Of a DNA stretch of 64,000 nucleotides, positions 47,236-57,572 are shown one piece after another. This DNA comes from a virus, in IMG/VR virus record IMGVR_UViG_3300043177_000268, positions 59,478 through 123,477 of that record. One strand, given 5' to 3'. The notes under the pieces were generated by a model, which was not told the origin of the DNA, did not search any database, and saw only the letters and a list, made by a program, of their open reading frames with translations. Position 1 is the first letter of the stretch. Every line of letters starts with the position of its first letter. The position numbers and the translations under genes are program-made.

Positions 47236-47763
47236 CTACCGCAGCACTAACATGTGATATTGTGAGTCCGTGCGGTAAAACTGGCGTGCTATTGTATGAG
47301 GCGGGCTAGAGCTCGATAGGGGGAAATGTCCTCTGAGTAATCGGGGGTCGTCGGGTATGAGAAATTCCCCTCTCACCACAGACCTGGGCGCATTGAAAGT
47401 ATAATATAGTATGCGGTGAAAATCACGGAGGGCATAGTAGTCTGACTGAGGTGCGTACCTCCTGCACACTCCCAAAGTTAGTCGTCGAACTGATGGCAGA
47501 AGGGTTGGCAGTTGATCTTTTATCAGCGCCAGCCACTGAGCGAATGTTGCCGCCTGCTTGTCGTACACGGATAGCCTAGACTCGTACCTTGCCCTCTTTT
47601 GCTCGAATTTTGCCAGTATCATCTTTGTGCATGAGCTAATAACCCTAGTGCGGCGGGCTAGGCATATCCCTGCATTTAAGGGATTCTTCATGACTATATA
47701 ATCTTCTAGAGAATGTCCTGATGGAATGCTAGCAATTAGCTCTGCGAGAGATGGGGGGTCCAT
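47236..47763 (-). CDS. hypothetical protein
   Basis: Co-oriented ORF. Confidence 0.5.
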   Translation of the reverse strand: MDPPSLAELIASIPSGHSLEDYIVMKNPLNAGICLARRTRVISSCTKMILAKFEQKRARYESRLSVYDKQAATFAQWLALIKDQLPTLLPSVRRLTLGVCRRYAPQSDYYALRDFHRILYYTFNAPRSVVRGEFLIPDDPRLLRGHFPLSSSSPPHTIARQFYRTDSQYHMLVLR

Positions 47764-47921
47764 TTCCCTCTTCTTTGAAGAAAGAATTCTACCTTGTCTT
47801 CGTACAACTCATTTGTTCGGGGCGGGGATGGCGGTAGTGGGGCTATTGGCAGATCTTTGGGTTTTGCGGCGACCAACTCCGCTAGCTGTCTAAGTGGTGA
47901 TTTCAATCTTTTTTTCAGCAT
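47736..47921 (-). CDS. small hypothetical protein
   Basis: Fills the gap between co-oriented genes. Confidence 0.4.
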   Translation of the reverse strand: MLKKRLKSPLRQLAELVAAKPKDLPIAPLPPSPPRTNELYEDKVEFFLQRRGKWTPHLSQS

Positions 47922-48321
47922 TGCCTATCCTCGATATTACCCAATCTACTACAGGATATAGTCTATCCTTTACTTTTAGGCGGGCCTCTTCTGGAGACAG
48001 CCATACAAATCCGTGATGCTCCGTCATGCCAGTCTGCGGATTTGGAAGCAGGCGCACATCTCCCTCGGGGCATGATGCTAGAAAGTAGCACGCAACTTTT
48101 TTGCCCTTTTTATATGGCAACGATTCTTGAAAATCGAGGCCCCACTGAAATTGAGGATCTGAGAGATTAGTCTCCTCAAATAATTCCCTAATTGCTGTTT
48201 GCAGCGGCGATTCATCTGGATCTGGCTTGCCCTTAGGGAAATCAAATGTGTCGTACACTCTCAATAGCAATATCTTATCTTCTCTGACGGGAACAATTCC
48301 GTAGGATATCTCTTTAATCAT
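47890..48321 (-). CDS. NUDIX hydrolase (Ap4A hydrolase-like)
   Basis: SYGIVP; FDFPKGKPDPDESPLQTAIRELFEETNL. Confidence 0.88.
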   Translation of the reverse strand: MIKEISYGIVPVREDKILLLRVYDTFDFPKGKPDPDESPLQTAIRELFEETNLSDPQFQWGLDFQESLPYKKGKKVACYFLASCPEGDVRLLPNPQTGMTEHHGFVWLSPEEARLKVKDRLYPVVDWVISRIGNAEKKIEITT

Positions 48322-48322
48322 G

Positions 48323-49144
48323 CTAGTAATTCTGTATCAGAACCTCAGGCACAGGACCGCGCCTGGCACCATTTGTATTTATGCTTCTTTTTGCAAAAAC
48401 TATTGAAATATTGTATTCTCTGTACAGCTGTATGATTTCTTGTGAGTGCGAGTTTGAAACCAAAACCTTAGTGCGGCGTTCCGTAAGCACATCACAGAAC
48501 TCTTTCAGGGCACGATGATCTGATATATCAAATCCCCCAGCGTTATATTGCGTGAAGTTTGCAGTCTCGCTTATCGGCAAATAGGGGGGATCGATGTATA
48601 CCCAATCGTCCGCTTCGATTCTTGAGAGCAGCTCTGCGTAGCCAACATTCAGAATTTCACAGTTCTGGAGCGCTGCAGAGGCAGCGCGGATATTGTCAGC
48701 GTCAAAATCTACCCCGTCCCGCTTTCCAAAGGGAACATTGAAAAAGCCAGATGAATTAACTCTATAGAGTCCATTGAAACCCAGCTTGTTTAGATATATT
48801 GTTCTAGCTGCCTTCTGGCGCGCTGACCATTCAGCAAATTCCTCAGATTTCTCAATCTCTCTTATACGGTAGTATGATTCCGCATCCTGTCTTAGGTCTT
48901 GAAGTGCGGAGATTACTCCCTCCGGATCTTCCTTTACCTGGTGGTATGCGTTGACGAGCTCGGAATTGATATCGTTAATTATCGCGGGAGGAGGGCTTGC
49001 GCCTTCGGATAGGGCAAAGAATAGAGCTCCGCCACCAATCATTGGCTCAATATATCTGCTGAAAGAAACTGGGCGCCTAGAGAGGATTTCTTCTAGCAGC
49101 TGACTTTTTCCACCCGCCCACTTTAAAAAAGGTCTCGCCATCAC
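48323..49144 (-). CDS. dam: Dam-family N6-adenine DNA methyltransferase
   Basis: PFLKWAGGKSQL, EPMIGGGA, GFNGLYRVN, YIDPPY. Confidence 0.92.
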   Translation of the reverse strand: MMARPFLKWAGGKSQLLEEILSRRPVSFSRYIEPMIGGGALFFALSEGASPPPAIINDINSELVNAYHQVKEDPEGVISALQDLRQDAESYYRIREIEKSEEFAEWSARQKAARTIYLNKLGFNGLYRVNSSGFFNVPFGKRDGVDFDADNIRAASAALQNCEILNVGYAELLSRIEADDWVYIDPPYLPISETANFTQYNAGGFDISDHRALKEFCDVLTERRTKVLVSNSHSQEIIQLYREYNISIVFAKRSINTNGARRGPVPEVLIQNY

Positions 49145-50562
49145 AAATCCTCTATCTGATCCAAATCAGCATCACGGGCATATGTTTCAATTAACTGGCC
49201 CCTGAGGCTTCTCCACTCTTCTGGGGTAAGACCCTCTTTAATCTCACGGAGGAGCGATAGGCTGTCATCATCGCTATCGTCTGATGATAATTCTTCATCT
49301 GACAACTCAGAGTCGTCATCATCGATGTCGTCGCTGTTATCGAAAGCCTTTTTCTCTATGGAAATTCTACTCTTATACTCTTCTATAGTATCGGCCAATT
49401 CCTGCTCAAACGTCTCATCTGAGAAGTTTCTGCTTTCTATCGCCAATTCTTTTAAGTAAGCTGGGCTAAGTCCTATCACTCTAGTTGCAATATTGGCAAT
49501 TACCTCGCGTGGGACTGATGGATTGTACTGGCCAAAGTACATGCTGAGTATAGTTTCGTATTCATACTCCTGGGGATAGCCGAAGTACATCATCTTATCA
49601 AATCTTCCGGGCCGCAGCAGTGCTGGATCTAACTTACCCAGGCTATTGACTGTAGCAAAGATAATGACCTCGGGGTGAGATTGCTTGATATTTTCAAGCA
49701 TAAATAGAGCCACATCTACAGAGCTGTAGGCCCTATCGAAATCTTCGAAAACCAGTATTTGAGGCCGCAATTGGTTGATGAAGAACTCGAGTTCACCAGT
49801 CTCAAGCGTTCTAGCTATAGCCGGATCTATCTTGATAATACGGCTAAAGTGACGATAGGCTATTTGCAGAACTGACGTTGTCTTGCCTACCCCCGGCGGG
49901 CCGTGAAATAGGAAGGATCTAGAGATCCCTTCTTCCTGCGATCTTTTTAGACGCGCACAGAATTTCTCTAGGTCGTACTTGCCAATGTATTCTGGCTTCG
50001 AGGCCGGCAACGAGCGCAGCTCCAGTGTATGCGTTTGCCTGTTGCGCTTCAGATAGATACCGTACGGATACAGGTTCCACAATCTATCAAATAGCAGATC
50101 GAAGTTGAAGTTCTTCGTGTAGAAGAAGTCCATTCCTACGTCTTCGCGGCGGCTCTGTCTATACGCGTCTGTTGAGTTCTTGTATTGTACGATGTACATC
50201 GAGCTATCATCTGTTAATTTAAGCTCTATCAGCTCCTCATTTTCTGAGGAAAATACTATATCCTTCTCTACTGAGGCAAAGAGCTCTGATGTGAATATGA
50301 GGATTGGAAGATGGCCGAACCCGTGTTCTACATCTAGAGTGGAGATGTACGACTCCATCGGGGACAGTTGGGGGAGGTTGAATGATTCTGCCAGCGCATT
50401 TGCGACGCTTAGCCCAGCAGCTGTGATCGTTAGCGGATCACGCTGCTTCATCAAATGCATCGTTTCAAGAAGATGATAGGAGAATTTGGACAGATTCCTG
50501 ACTATGGGCTTGTTTAACTGGTTAACAACCTTGGTCAAGAATCGGCGTAGTTTCTTCTCCAC
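49141..50562 (-). CDS. AAA+ ATPase
   Basis: GPPGVGKT, VFEDFD, LDPALLRPGRFD; acidic C-terminus. Confidence 0.88.
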   Translation of the reverse strand: MEKKLRRFLTKVVNQLNKPIVRNLSKFSYHLLETMHLMKQRDPLTITAAGLSVANALAESFNLPQLSPMESYISTLDVEHGFGHLPILIFTSELFASVEKDIVFSSENEELIELKLTDDSSMYIVQYKNSTDAYRQSRREDVGMDFFYTKNFNFDLLFDRLWNLYPYGIYLKRNRQTHTLELRSLPASKPEYIGKYDLEKFCARLKRSQEEGISRSFLFHGPPGVGKTTSVLQIAYRHFSRIIKIDPAIARTLETGELEFFINQLRPQILVFEDFDRAYSSVDVALFMLENIKQSHPEVIIFATVNSLGKLDPALLRPGRFDKMMYFGYPQEYEYETILSMYFGQYNPSVPREVIANIATRVIGLSPAYLKELAIESRNFSDETFEQELADTIEEYKSRISIEKKAFDNSDDIDDDDSELSDEELSSDDSDDDSLSLLREIKEGLTPEEWRSLRGQLIETYARDADLDQIEDL

Positions 50563-50576
50563 GAATCACCTCTTTT

Positions 50577-50825
50577 TCACTCTTCGTCATATTCCTCATC
50601 TTCATCTGTTGCCGAAGAGATTCTGACTTTAACTGCATCACCAGTTTTGAGTAACTCATCTAATTGTTGGTCGCGCTTCGCCTCTTCTGCCGGCGAAGCC
50701 GGCGTTTCATCGCCCCTGCGCAGGGTCATAAACAGTCGAATATACTTCTGCGCATGAAACCCTAGAACAACTAGGCCGCCAACAGCACCAAGTAGCAGCG
50801 CCTTTTTGATAATAGACTTGTTCAT
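50577..50825 (-). CDS. small membrane-anchored protein
   Basis: N-terminal hydrophobic helix ALLLGAVGGLVVLGF. Confidence 0.6.
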   Translation of the reverse strand: MNKSIIKKALLLGAVGGLVVLGFHAQKYIRLFMTLRRGDETPASPAEEAKRDQQLDELLKTGDAVKVRISSATDEDEEYDEE

Positions 50826-50827
50826 TT

Positions 50828-52444
50828 TTATCCTCTTTCTACCTTGAATTTTTCAAGGTCTTTTGTTGTTATAGACTTATACGCCTCCAGCGTATATCTG
50901 GAAAGTAAATCTTTCCTGCCGGCAAACCGCGAGAAGGCTCCATCCAACACATAAAACGTGGCATGATCGTCCTCCGAGCGCACAGCGCGTCCGTATGCCT
51001 GCATAACGGACGTGGCGACTTCGTTGTCATAATAATTGCTGTAAAGGGCCATCATGCGCTTCGTATAGTCGTCCAGTGTCGGGAATGGTAATTTAATCAT
51101 TACCTGGAATCTAGCCAGATCATCTTTCAGATCAACCCCCTCTAGCATAGCTGGGGACACAAGAACGCTTGCATTTTTGGCTGACGCGTGCTTTACTAGA
51201 TGCTTACTCTTATCTTGCCCCTGCTCAACCCAAACAAAGCGCTTGTCGTGTTTGAATAACTTTTGTAGCTGACGAAAGAAGGAGTAATTGGAGCAGTGAA
51301 TTATTCCCTTATCCCGGGCGTGCTTCTCCAAAATTACTCTAAGAGCTGCAATCGTAGGGTGTGTAGATGTGAATTCGGTTTTGTAATTGAGTGCTGGCAG
51401 GTCCTTTACAAAAAGGAGCGGGCGCTTTTCCTTTGGAAAGGATGACGGGATGTCAATGACCTCAATCTCGTCATCTGATATGTTGAATATCTCACAAAAA
51501 TTCTTTGGGAATGTTGCGGATAATAGAAGGACTTTTTTGAAAGGGTAGAATATAATATTCTTAAGATATTTGAAGTTGACTGGCTTAATGTCAACCTCCG
51601 AGCCTTTATCGTCTATGAAGAACTTATTCTTGTCTTCTATTTCAAACTGAGATATGAATGAGGTGTTTATATTAAACTTGTATAGTTCCGGCGCAGCCTT
51701 TAAATCCCCTTCTTTTTTGAGAAGTTCTGAGGAGAGGAGAACGTGGCGCGCTAACCATTGGGCGGGGGATTCGCCCTGTCTGCGGCGAGCATCCTTACCT
51801 AAAAGATTCTCTACCGCTGTTTCAGAAATTTTATACCCAAATACCGAGCGAGCTTTGGACATCAGGTGATGTGCTTCATCGAAGACTACATTCTCACCGA
51901 AATTAGTACCCTCGCTAGGGTTTAGCGGAGTTTTCTTTAAGTGGAAGAAGAGGTCGTAGTTGACCACCGGGCTTGGCTTTACTGGAATGCTGCTGATTAG
52001 CTTGTAGTACTCGCATATGCCCGCACTAGTGCATCGCCCCTTGAGAGTCATGGCCGGAGCATGTTCCTTCTTGAGTTCCTTTTCCCAATCTGTCATATCG
52101 GCATACTCGCGAGTAGCCGCGTCGGAACAGCATATGGCCTGGTCTACAGTCAGGTGTTTGAATGCCTTTAGCCCACAACGATAGTTGCTTTTTCCAAATA
52201 TTGTGTACTCTGTGCCAAACTCTTTCGTGTCTGCATATTGGTTCTGCAGGATTTTTGTAGGTGTAAGTATGGCAGATCTAAAATGCCTTGCAAAAGCCAC
52301 TGCGACAGCAGATTTTCCGCTGCCCGTTGGAGCATTGATCATAACAAATTTCTTGCCTGAGTCAAATGCTGCCTCTGCATCAGCAAGGGCATCTTCGATG
52401 TATGGTCTGAACTTTGGAAAAGGATACTTTGATGCGAGTGACAT
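50828..52444 (-). CDS. dinG: DinG/XPD-family SF2 helicase with predicted Fe-S domain
   Basis: APTGSGKS, DEAH, LSAT, EGVDL, QAYGRAVR; Cys cluster RC...CC...RC...IC. Confidence 0.85.
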   Translation of the reverse strand: MSLASKYPFPKFRPYIEDALADAEAAFDSGKKFVMINAPTGSGKSAVAVAFARHFRSAILTPTKILQNQYADTKEFGTEYTIFGKSNYRCGLKAFKHLTVDQAICCSDAATREYADMTDWEKELKKEHAPAMTLKGRCTSAGICEYYKLISSIPVKPSPVVNYDLFFHLKKTPLNPSEGTNFGENVVFDEAHHLMSKARSVFGYKISETAVENLLGKDARRRQGESPAQWLARHVLLSSELLKKEGDLKAAPELYKFNINTSFISQFEIEDKNKFFIDDKGSEVDIKPVNFKYLKNIIFYPFKKVLLLSATFPKNFCEIFNISDDEIEVIDIPSSFPKEKRPLLFVKDLPALNYKTEFTSTHPTIAALRVILEKHARDKGIIHCSNYSFFRQLQKLFKHDKRFVWVEQGQDKSKHLVKHASAKNASVLVSPAMLEGVDLKDDLARFQVMIKLPFPTLDDYTKRMMALYSNYYDNEVATSVMQAYGRAVRSEDDHATFYVLDGAFSRFAGRKDLLSRYTLEAYKSITTKDLEKFKVERG

Positions 52445-52903
52445 TTATTCTCCGCTGGAGCCGAAACCTCCAGTTCCACGCTCAGATATATACAGCGGTG
52501 TGGCGTAAAGCTCCTCTTCTGATTCACACTCAAATGCCCTGAAGTGGACCACTGGAATCAAAAGTAACTGCGCCACTCTGTCCCCATGTGAGATTTTTTG
52601 TACAGAGAGCCCATCATTGTGGAGATTTATCATTATCTCCCCCTTGTAACCAGGATCAATTACTTGAGCTCCTACCTTTAACACTTTTTCTGACGCTAGA
52701 CCAGATCGATTCATGACTAATAGGGCGTAGCCGTGAGGCACGTGGGTTTTGAGTCCGGTCTTGAGTTTAACACTCTCGCCTGGCTTCAGCTCCAATTCTG
52801 GTAACTCTGGAGAGAACCATCGGATATCGGCGCCGGCATCTGAAGCGTTTTTTCGTGTAGGTAGCGTTACATCCGGATGAAGTTTTAGAAATTGGAGAAG
52901 CAT
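52445..52903 (-). CDS. dut: dUTPase (trimeric)
   Basis: DAGADI, NRSGLA, VIDPGYKGEI, GDRVAQL, RGTGGFGSSG. Confidence 0.95.
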   Translation of the reverse strand: MLLQFLKLHPDVTLPTRKNASDAGADIRWFSPELPELELKPGESVKLKTGLKTHVPHGYALLVMNRSGLASEKVLKVGAQVIDPGYKGEIMINLHNDGLSVQKISHGDRVAQLLLIPVVHFRAFECESEEELYATPLYISERGTGGFGSSGE

Positions 52904-52909
52904 AATACC

Positions 52910-53677
52910 TCAGCTAAAGTCAGGATCTGAATATGCATTTTCTGCAGCAGGACTAGCGAATATTACCCGACATTTGTCGCACATGTCCGGATCGTCTCGG
53001 TAGCATATTCCTATCCATTTGCCAGTAAGGACATTGTACATTTTTTGATACTTCTTAGAGGATCGGACGAGTTGTGGGTGTTCCTTGTGCTCTGCCTGAT
53101 TTAGCAGGAATTCCTCATTCCTGACGTTATTTCGTGTCTTGACCAGGACGTTTAGCGTAACACTCTCGCCACCTTGCGGATTCTGCGTTCGCTGTATAGA
53201 CGCGATGAGTGGGACGCGATCAAGCGTATCCGAGTCTGTCACGCTCCAGCGCTCAGGCAAGCACTCTTCGAATGCCGCCATAAGTGCCGCATCTAGCGAT
53301 GCCTCAGGGCCTGCCCACAGATTAGGAGGGCAGGCCCTGAATACCGCTGCGTGTGTTTCGTTAAATGCGGCCATTGACAGCACACCGTCCGCCACACTAC
53401 GTCCCGACACCTGCTCGAAGGACAGGTGCGGATGTAGACCGCGCGGCGTCGGCAGCAGCCGTACACAGCAAATATTTCTGTGTACGGCTCTATCACTTTC
53501 CTCCATTTGATACCAGGCCGTCAGCACCACTGGCACAGCATACTTGGTAAGAAAGTACTTCCTCGCTAACGCCGCAGATTGCGTTCTGGCAATAAGAAGC
53601 ATTTCTGCTGGTGAGAAGTCGGAGACGAGAGTGCGCTTTTCGGAAAAAATAAGTGGAGTCATTACAGCCCCTGTCAC
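52910..53677 (-). CDS. hypothetical protein downstream of ThiF/E1
   Basis: Coupled to the E1 gene by a 4-nt overlap; C-terminal C...CDKC. Confidence 0.55.
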   Translation of the reverse strand: MTGAVMTPLIFSEKRTLVSDFSPAEMLLIARTQSAALARKYFLTKYAVPVVLTAWYQMEESDRAVHRNICCVRLLPTPRGLHPHLSFEQVSGRSVADGVLSMAAFNETHAAVFRACPPNLWAGPEASLDAALMAAFEECLPERWSVTDSDTLDRVPLIASIQRTQNPQGGESVTLNVLVKTRNNVRNEEFLLNQAEHKEHPQLVRSSKKYQKMYNVLTGKWIGICYRDDPDMCDKCRVIFASPAAENAYSDPDFS

Positions 53678-54540
53678 TTAGGTAGACGCAGTGCGAGCCC
53701 CAGCTTGGACCACGATTCCAACGAGGACTTCGTCAGCGGCCTTTGCGAGAACTTATTTTTGATTGAAAATTCAACCATGTATGTGGATATGGGATTTCCG
53801 CTTAGCAGATCATACACGAAGTTGAGTGCAAAAGTGGCCGCATTAAGGTTGACGAATCCGAATTGATTTGAGGACTCTGCCATCTCAGCACAACTGAGTT
53901 CGCTAGCCAGCTTATCTGTCTTAGCTCGCTCGACTAGCTCGGGGAATACTTCGAACAGATGCGGGGTGCGATACACCCCGGTGCTGGGCTCCATTGCTGA
54001 TGTTATGCAGGTGAGGAGCACCTGGCCGGCCACATCTTCATTGCCACAGTCAATGATATAACCGCCATTTGGGTAATATAGCTGAAGGGCCTCGACCATA
54101 AACTTCCGGGCTTTGATATTGTCAACGCACGAAATGATGAGTGGCGTAGAATTACCATAGTTTATGTTGTTGACCTGCGCATTGCGGAGGGCTGTTTTGA
54201 TAGAGTTTGCGGATTCTAGATACTGCGGCAGGAATTGTATCTGCGTACCAAATGCAGTTGAATATCTCCTGGCCAGAGCCTCAGCCTTGTTTTTACCAAC
54301 ATCAGACTTGATAAAGTTCTGGCGTATAAGATTCTTTGGCTCTACCGTATCTGCATCTGCAAGTGTCAAACAGACTGGCTGCCTGCTGTTAAGCAGCAAA
54401 CGAACTAGATTTGGGATGACGTAACTGCCCGTGCCTCCGCAGCCTATAACTAGTACATTTTGTATATTTGTCAGCGGCTTGAGCGGATACAGGGGTTCGA
54501 TCGTGAGTGTTTTTGTCTGTGCCATGCTACATTGCCTCAC
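53674..54540 (-). CDS. ThiF/E1-like ubiquitin-activating enzyme (PRTRC ThiF-like)
   Basis: VIGCGGTGS, DADTVEPKNLIRQNF...DVGKNKA, SCVDN, DCGN, candidate catalytic Cys in LSCAEM. Confidence 0.92.
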   Translation of the reverse strand: MRQCSMAQTKTLTIEPLYPLKPLTNIQNVLVIGCGGTGSYVIPNLVRLLLNSRQPVCLTLADADTVEPKNLIRQNFIKSDVGKNKAEALARRYSTAFGTQIQFLPQYLESANSIKTALRNAQVNNINYGNSTPLIISCVDNIKARKFMVEALQLYYPNGGYIIDCGNEDVAGQVLLTCITSAMEPSTGVYRTPHLFEVFPELVERAKTDKLASELSCAEMAESSNQFGFVNLNAATFALNFVYDLLSGNPISTYMVEFSIKNKFSQRPLTKSSLESWSKLGLALRLPK

Positions 54541-55697
54541 TCATTCAGGAATGGGTCTGATGGAAGTTCGTCTGTCTCGGCAGCGTCTGCAACTTCTGGA
54601 AGGAGCGCCACTATCGTCTCTTCGTGGCCCGCCTCGAGAAGAGATCCAATCAGGTCGGCAACGTCATCATCAGTCATGGCGTCGACCAATTTGTCGAACA
54701 GTCTCTGCTTCTGTACTCTTGTCATTTCAACTCCTCCGATAGAAAGGCGCGCGGTGGTGCTTTTAATCAGATCAATCAGTAGTTCGTCATCATCAGCGTC
54801 TACGTCTGACGACGCTGCGCTCCGCTGAAAAAAGGGGTGGTCCGCCGCCGCACCTCCCATTCTCCTACGAGCATCGCTTATTGCGAATTCAAGCTCGGTT
54901 TCAATGTCCAGTTGTGTGGGGCGAGATCTGTGCGTCATCGCCGCACGTTCATTGCCCAGCGACGTACTTTCAGACGAAGAAGTGGTTCTGACAGGAGCTG
55001 TTGGATATTTAGTAATCCTGCTTTTCCAATCGCCAGGAAAGGCGACCTCCGGCTCCTCCTCAAAGATATCTTCGCGTTTAATAATCACCCGCTTGCCTCC
55101 ACACACAAAGGAGAAGAGCGTGGCAGGTGAGGACTGATTTAACTTACCGATAACACCAAAAAATCTGTCACTCTTCTCATCAGCATTGTCTGTTCCAGAG
55201 AAAAAAGCATCCATTGTGTTGTGGGAGTGAGTCTCTAGAACAAGGTGGCACCGCGCTTCAAGTTCCGTATCTCTCTCGAAATTGACTGAAGCGCCGCTAA
55301 CTCGTTGGGCCGGGACATGGTTGAAGTACCGCTTCTCAACGGGGTCCCAAAATGTTTGGACGTACGCCTCATCCTTGCTCTCGTCGCAGATGGATTTAAA
55401 AAAAGCAAGTATTTCTTTGAAGAGGGCTAGCGGTATCTTGCCGAAGTGGCTCCGGCCATACTCTACATTTTGCTCTTCAGGAAATCCAGGAAGTGGGTTT
55501 GCGAATTTCTCCCTCTGGATAACAAAAATGCCTGCCCTGGACTTCCGTAGTTCCCAGACGCCATCGCGTCTGACAATGTAGTTTACCGGCTTCTCTACAT
55601 TGGAAATGTCGGGCCAAGCCGCGTCCGTGAGGAATCCGGTATTCTGACGAGCCAGAAACGTTTTCAGATCTAGTTTAGGCTGAGATGATTCAGTCAT
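54537..55697 (-). CDS. JAB/MPN metalloprotease (PRTRC protein A-like)
   Basis: JAMM motif HSHNTMDAFFSGTD with an upstream Glu (DEAY); long acidic C-terminal extension. Confidence 0.88.
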   Translation of the reverse strand: MTESSQPKLDLKTFLARQNTGFLTDAAWPDISNVEKPVNYIVRRDGVWELRKSRAGIFVIQREKFANPLPGFPEEQNVEYGRSHFGKIPLALFKEILAFFKSICDESKDEAYVQTFWDPVEKRYFNHVPAQRVSGASVNFERDTELEARCHLVLETHSHNTMDAFFSGTDNADEKSDRFFGVIGKLNQSSPATLFSFVCGGKRVIIKREDIFEEEPEVAFPGDWKSRITKYPTAPVRTTSSSESTSLGNERAAMTHRSRPTQLDIETELEFAISDARRRMGGAAADHPFFQRSAASSDVDADDDELLIDLIKSTTARLSIGGVEMTRVQKQRLFDKLVDAMTDDDVADLIGSLLEAGHEETIVALLPEVADAAETDELPSDPFLNE

Positions 55698-55700
55698 TCG

Positions 55701-56420
55701 TCACTCTCCGTGCTTGAATATGGTTTTGATTGCTGTATCAAAATTCTTATATTCTCGACTGTGAGGAAGCAGCCACTCGGTGTCGAATGGGTGCTCAGTC
55801 AGATATTTGAGATAGCTCTGAGCTACTGACTCGTTATCTCTACTCACCTGCGCCCATGGGAACTTTGAGTTTAGGCACGAGGTCTGGAATAGGTCATCAT
55901 TGAATGGGGCCGTGAAGAATCTCCGCACCGCGCCATTTAGTGCAGCTAACGATTTAAAGTTCTTGATCGCCTCTTCGTTTTGCCCCCAGCAAATTCTAGC
56001 ATCTGGGAATACATTTGGTGTAGGGTAACTGTACAGCCCATCAATACCAAGCATAATGTTATTCTGCTTCATTGCAAAGATGTATGAATTGCTCACGAAA
56101 TAGTGATCATTCGCCTTTGTGAGGATGAAGAGGAATAGAGCCGGAGGCAGGTTGGCTTTGCCCACGGCGTCAGCGGCGCGACCGCGCGAAGAGAATGATA
56201 CATCATACGTGCTGGCTGGGCGCTCTACCGCTATGTGCGTCTGATCTCCTTTGACGCCAAGGTATCGCGTGCCGATGGGCAGGAATCCAATGTCAAATGC
56301 GACATTGGTGGACAGCACCTTGACTAGATCGGTCAGGTCTATTCCCTTGACCTGCTTGTTGCCAGTAGGATCTGTGTACGTGAGGGTCGTTCCCGATTCA
56401 ACAATATTTACGTCTAACAT
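55701..56420 (-). CDS. prokaryotic E2 family D protein (PRTRC protein B-like)
   Basis: LYSYPTPNVFPDARICWG with conserved Cys, followed by RFFTAPFNDDL. Confidence 0.8.
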   Translation of the reverse strand: MLDVNIVESGTTLTYTDPTGNKQVKGIDLTDLVKVLSTNVAFDIGFLPIGTRYLGVKGDQTHIAVERPASTYDVSFSSRGRAADAVGKANLPPALFLFILTKANDHYFVSNSYIFAMKQNNIMLGIDGLYSYPTPNVFPDARICWGQNEEAIKNFKSLAALNGAVRRFFTAPFNDDLFQTSCLNSKFPWAQVSRDNESVAQSYLKYLTEHPFDTEWLLPHSREYKNFDTAIKTIFKHGE

Positions 56421-56423
56421 TTT

Positions 56424-57287
56424 TCACCATCCAAAAAGTGTGTCTGTGGAGATTGTCATTTGCTGACGCTCGTCAGTTGCTATAACGGGACTAACATCGT
56501 ATGTCAGCTGATTTGGGGCATCCATTATTTCATTAATGGTCATTGTGCGGCGGCGGCGAATTTCTTCCAACCTTTCTCTAGCTATCCGCTGGGCTCTAGC
56601 GCTATCAGTCTCTTCAAGAGAGACGGCTGTAGGCTGATTCTTTACAACAGTTACCAGAATATTCGCCCTGCCAGCAATTACCTCGCGGCGCTGCTCTTCG
56701 GAAAGAGAAGAGTGTGCGAGAATCAGGGCGCGCATGACGAGAAGCTTGGCTGCCAGGATCTTGTTGAAATCTTCTTGCTCGCGCTCTAAATTGCAGAATG
56801 GCGCAGTCTTAAATGCCGGGATTAGAAATTCCAGAGCTGTGTTACCTGAGCGTCCATCTTCGTGTGTGAATGGTGATACGCCGCCGGCAAGCTCCATAGC
56901 AGTCGCGAGATCGGGTGATTGGCGAGAGAAATTGAGTGCTCCTACAATTGCCGCTGCAATGTTATAGTCTATGCCGTCCGCCACGAGCCTACCACCCAAC
57001 CCGCGAACCAAGATCTTAGGAGACCAGCTTACCGATAAGCCTGGCGTTTTTGCAATTTGCTTGTCAACAGCAAAGCGCAAATTCTCTATGAAGTGCTTTG
57101 AGTTGAAAGCTATGAAAGATTTCATGACTTCATTCACAGCCTCCGGCTTTGAGAAGTCCAGCGTTGAAATCTCGCTATATCTAGTTGACGTGGGGCGCCG
57201 AGATCTGCGCCCAAGCACGAGACTTTGCTCTACAACAAAGACGTGATTTAGAAGGGAGGCTGCAAGTTGCTCTCTGAGCTTTGACAT
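56424..57287 (-). CDS. hypothetical protein within the Ubl locus
   Basis: Long ORF between the Ubls and E2. Confidence 0.6.
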   Translation of the reverse strand: MSKLREQLAASLLNHVFVVEQSLVLGRRSRRPTSTRYSEISTLDFSKPEAVNEVMKSFIAFNSKHFIENLRFAVDKQIAKTPGLSVSWSPKILVRGLGGRLVADGIDYNIAAAIVGALNFSRQSPDLATAMELAGGVSPFTHEDGRSGNTALEFLIPAFKTAPFCNLEREQEDFNKILAAKLLVMRALILAHSSLSEEQRREVIAGRANILVTVVKNQPTAVSLEETDSARAQRIARERLEEIRRRRTMTINEIMDAPNQLTYDVSPVIATDERQQMTISTDTLFGW

Positions 57288-57293
57288 GTGACC

Positions 57294-57569
57294 TCAGATG
57301 AAGTCTGAGTTGAGACTTACAGTCTTCAACCTCAGGAAAACGCCTTTGCACTCTCGCGCGCTAAACCTCGCGCTAAGCATATCTTTGGCGGTACAGTTCT
57401 GGAATATCGTATCAATATCTTCCTGGGAGAGGGCTCTGCGAGCCTGAATTAGCTTCTCCAGCGAAGAGCATGAGAGTATGGCTGTGATGTTATCTGAATG
57501 GCGCTTAAATGTCTCGCCGAAGAACTTGTCGATGATTTGCTTTTGAATTTCAGGAATATTCATCTTCAT
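57294..57569 (-). CDS. hypothetical protein within the Ubl locus
   Basis: Start moved to MKMNIP because the track start lies inside the terminator hairpin. Confidence 0.55.
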   Translation of the reverse strand: MKMNIPEIQKQIIDKFFGETFKRHSDNITAILSCSSLEKLIQARRALSQEDIDTIFQNCTAKDMLSARFSARECKGVFLRLKTVSLNSDFI

Positions 57570-57572
57570 CCC

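Noticed and set aside
56424-57287. Fic/AMPylase motif (SPFTHEDGRSG)
   Set aside because: Lacks the catalytic His and the GNG of HPFxxGNGR; probably chance.
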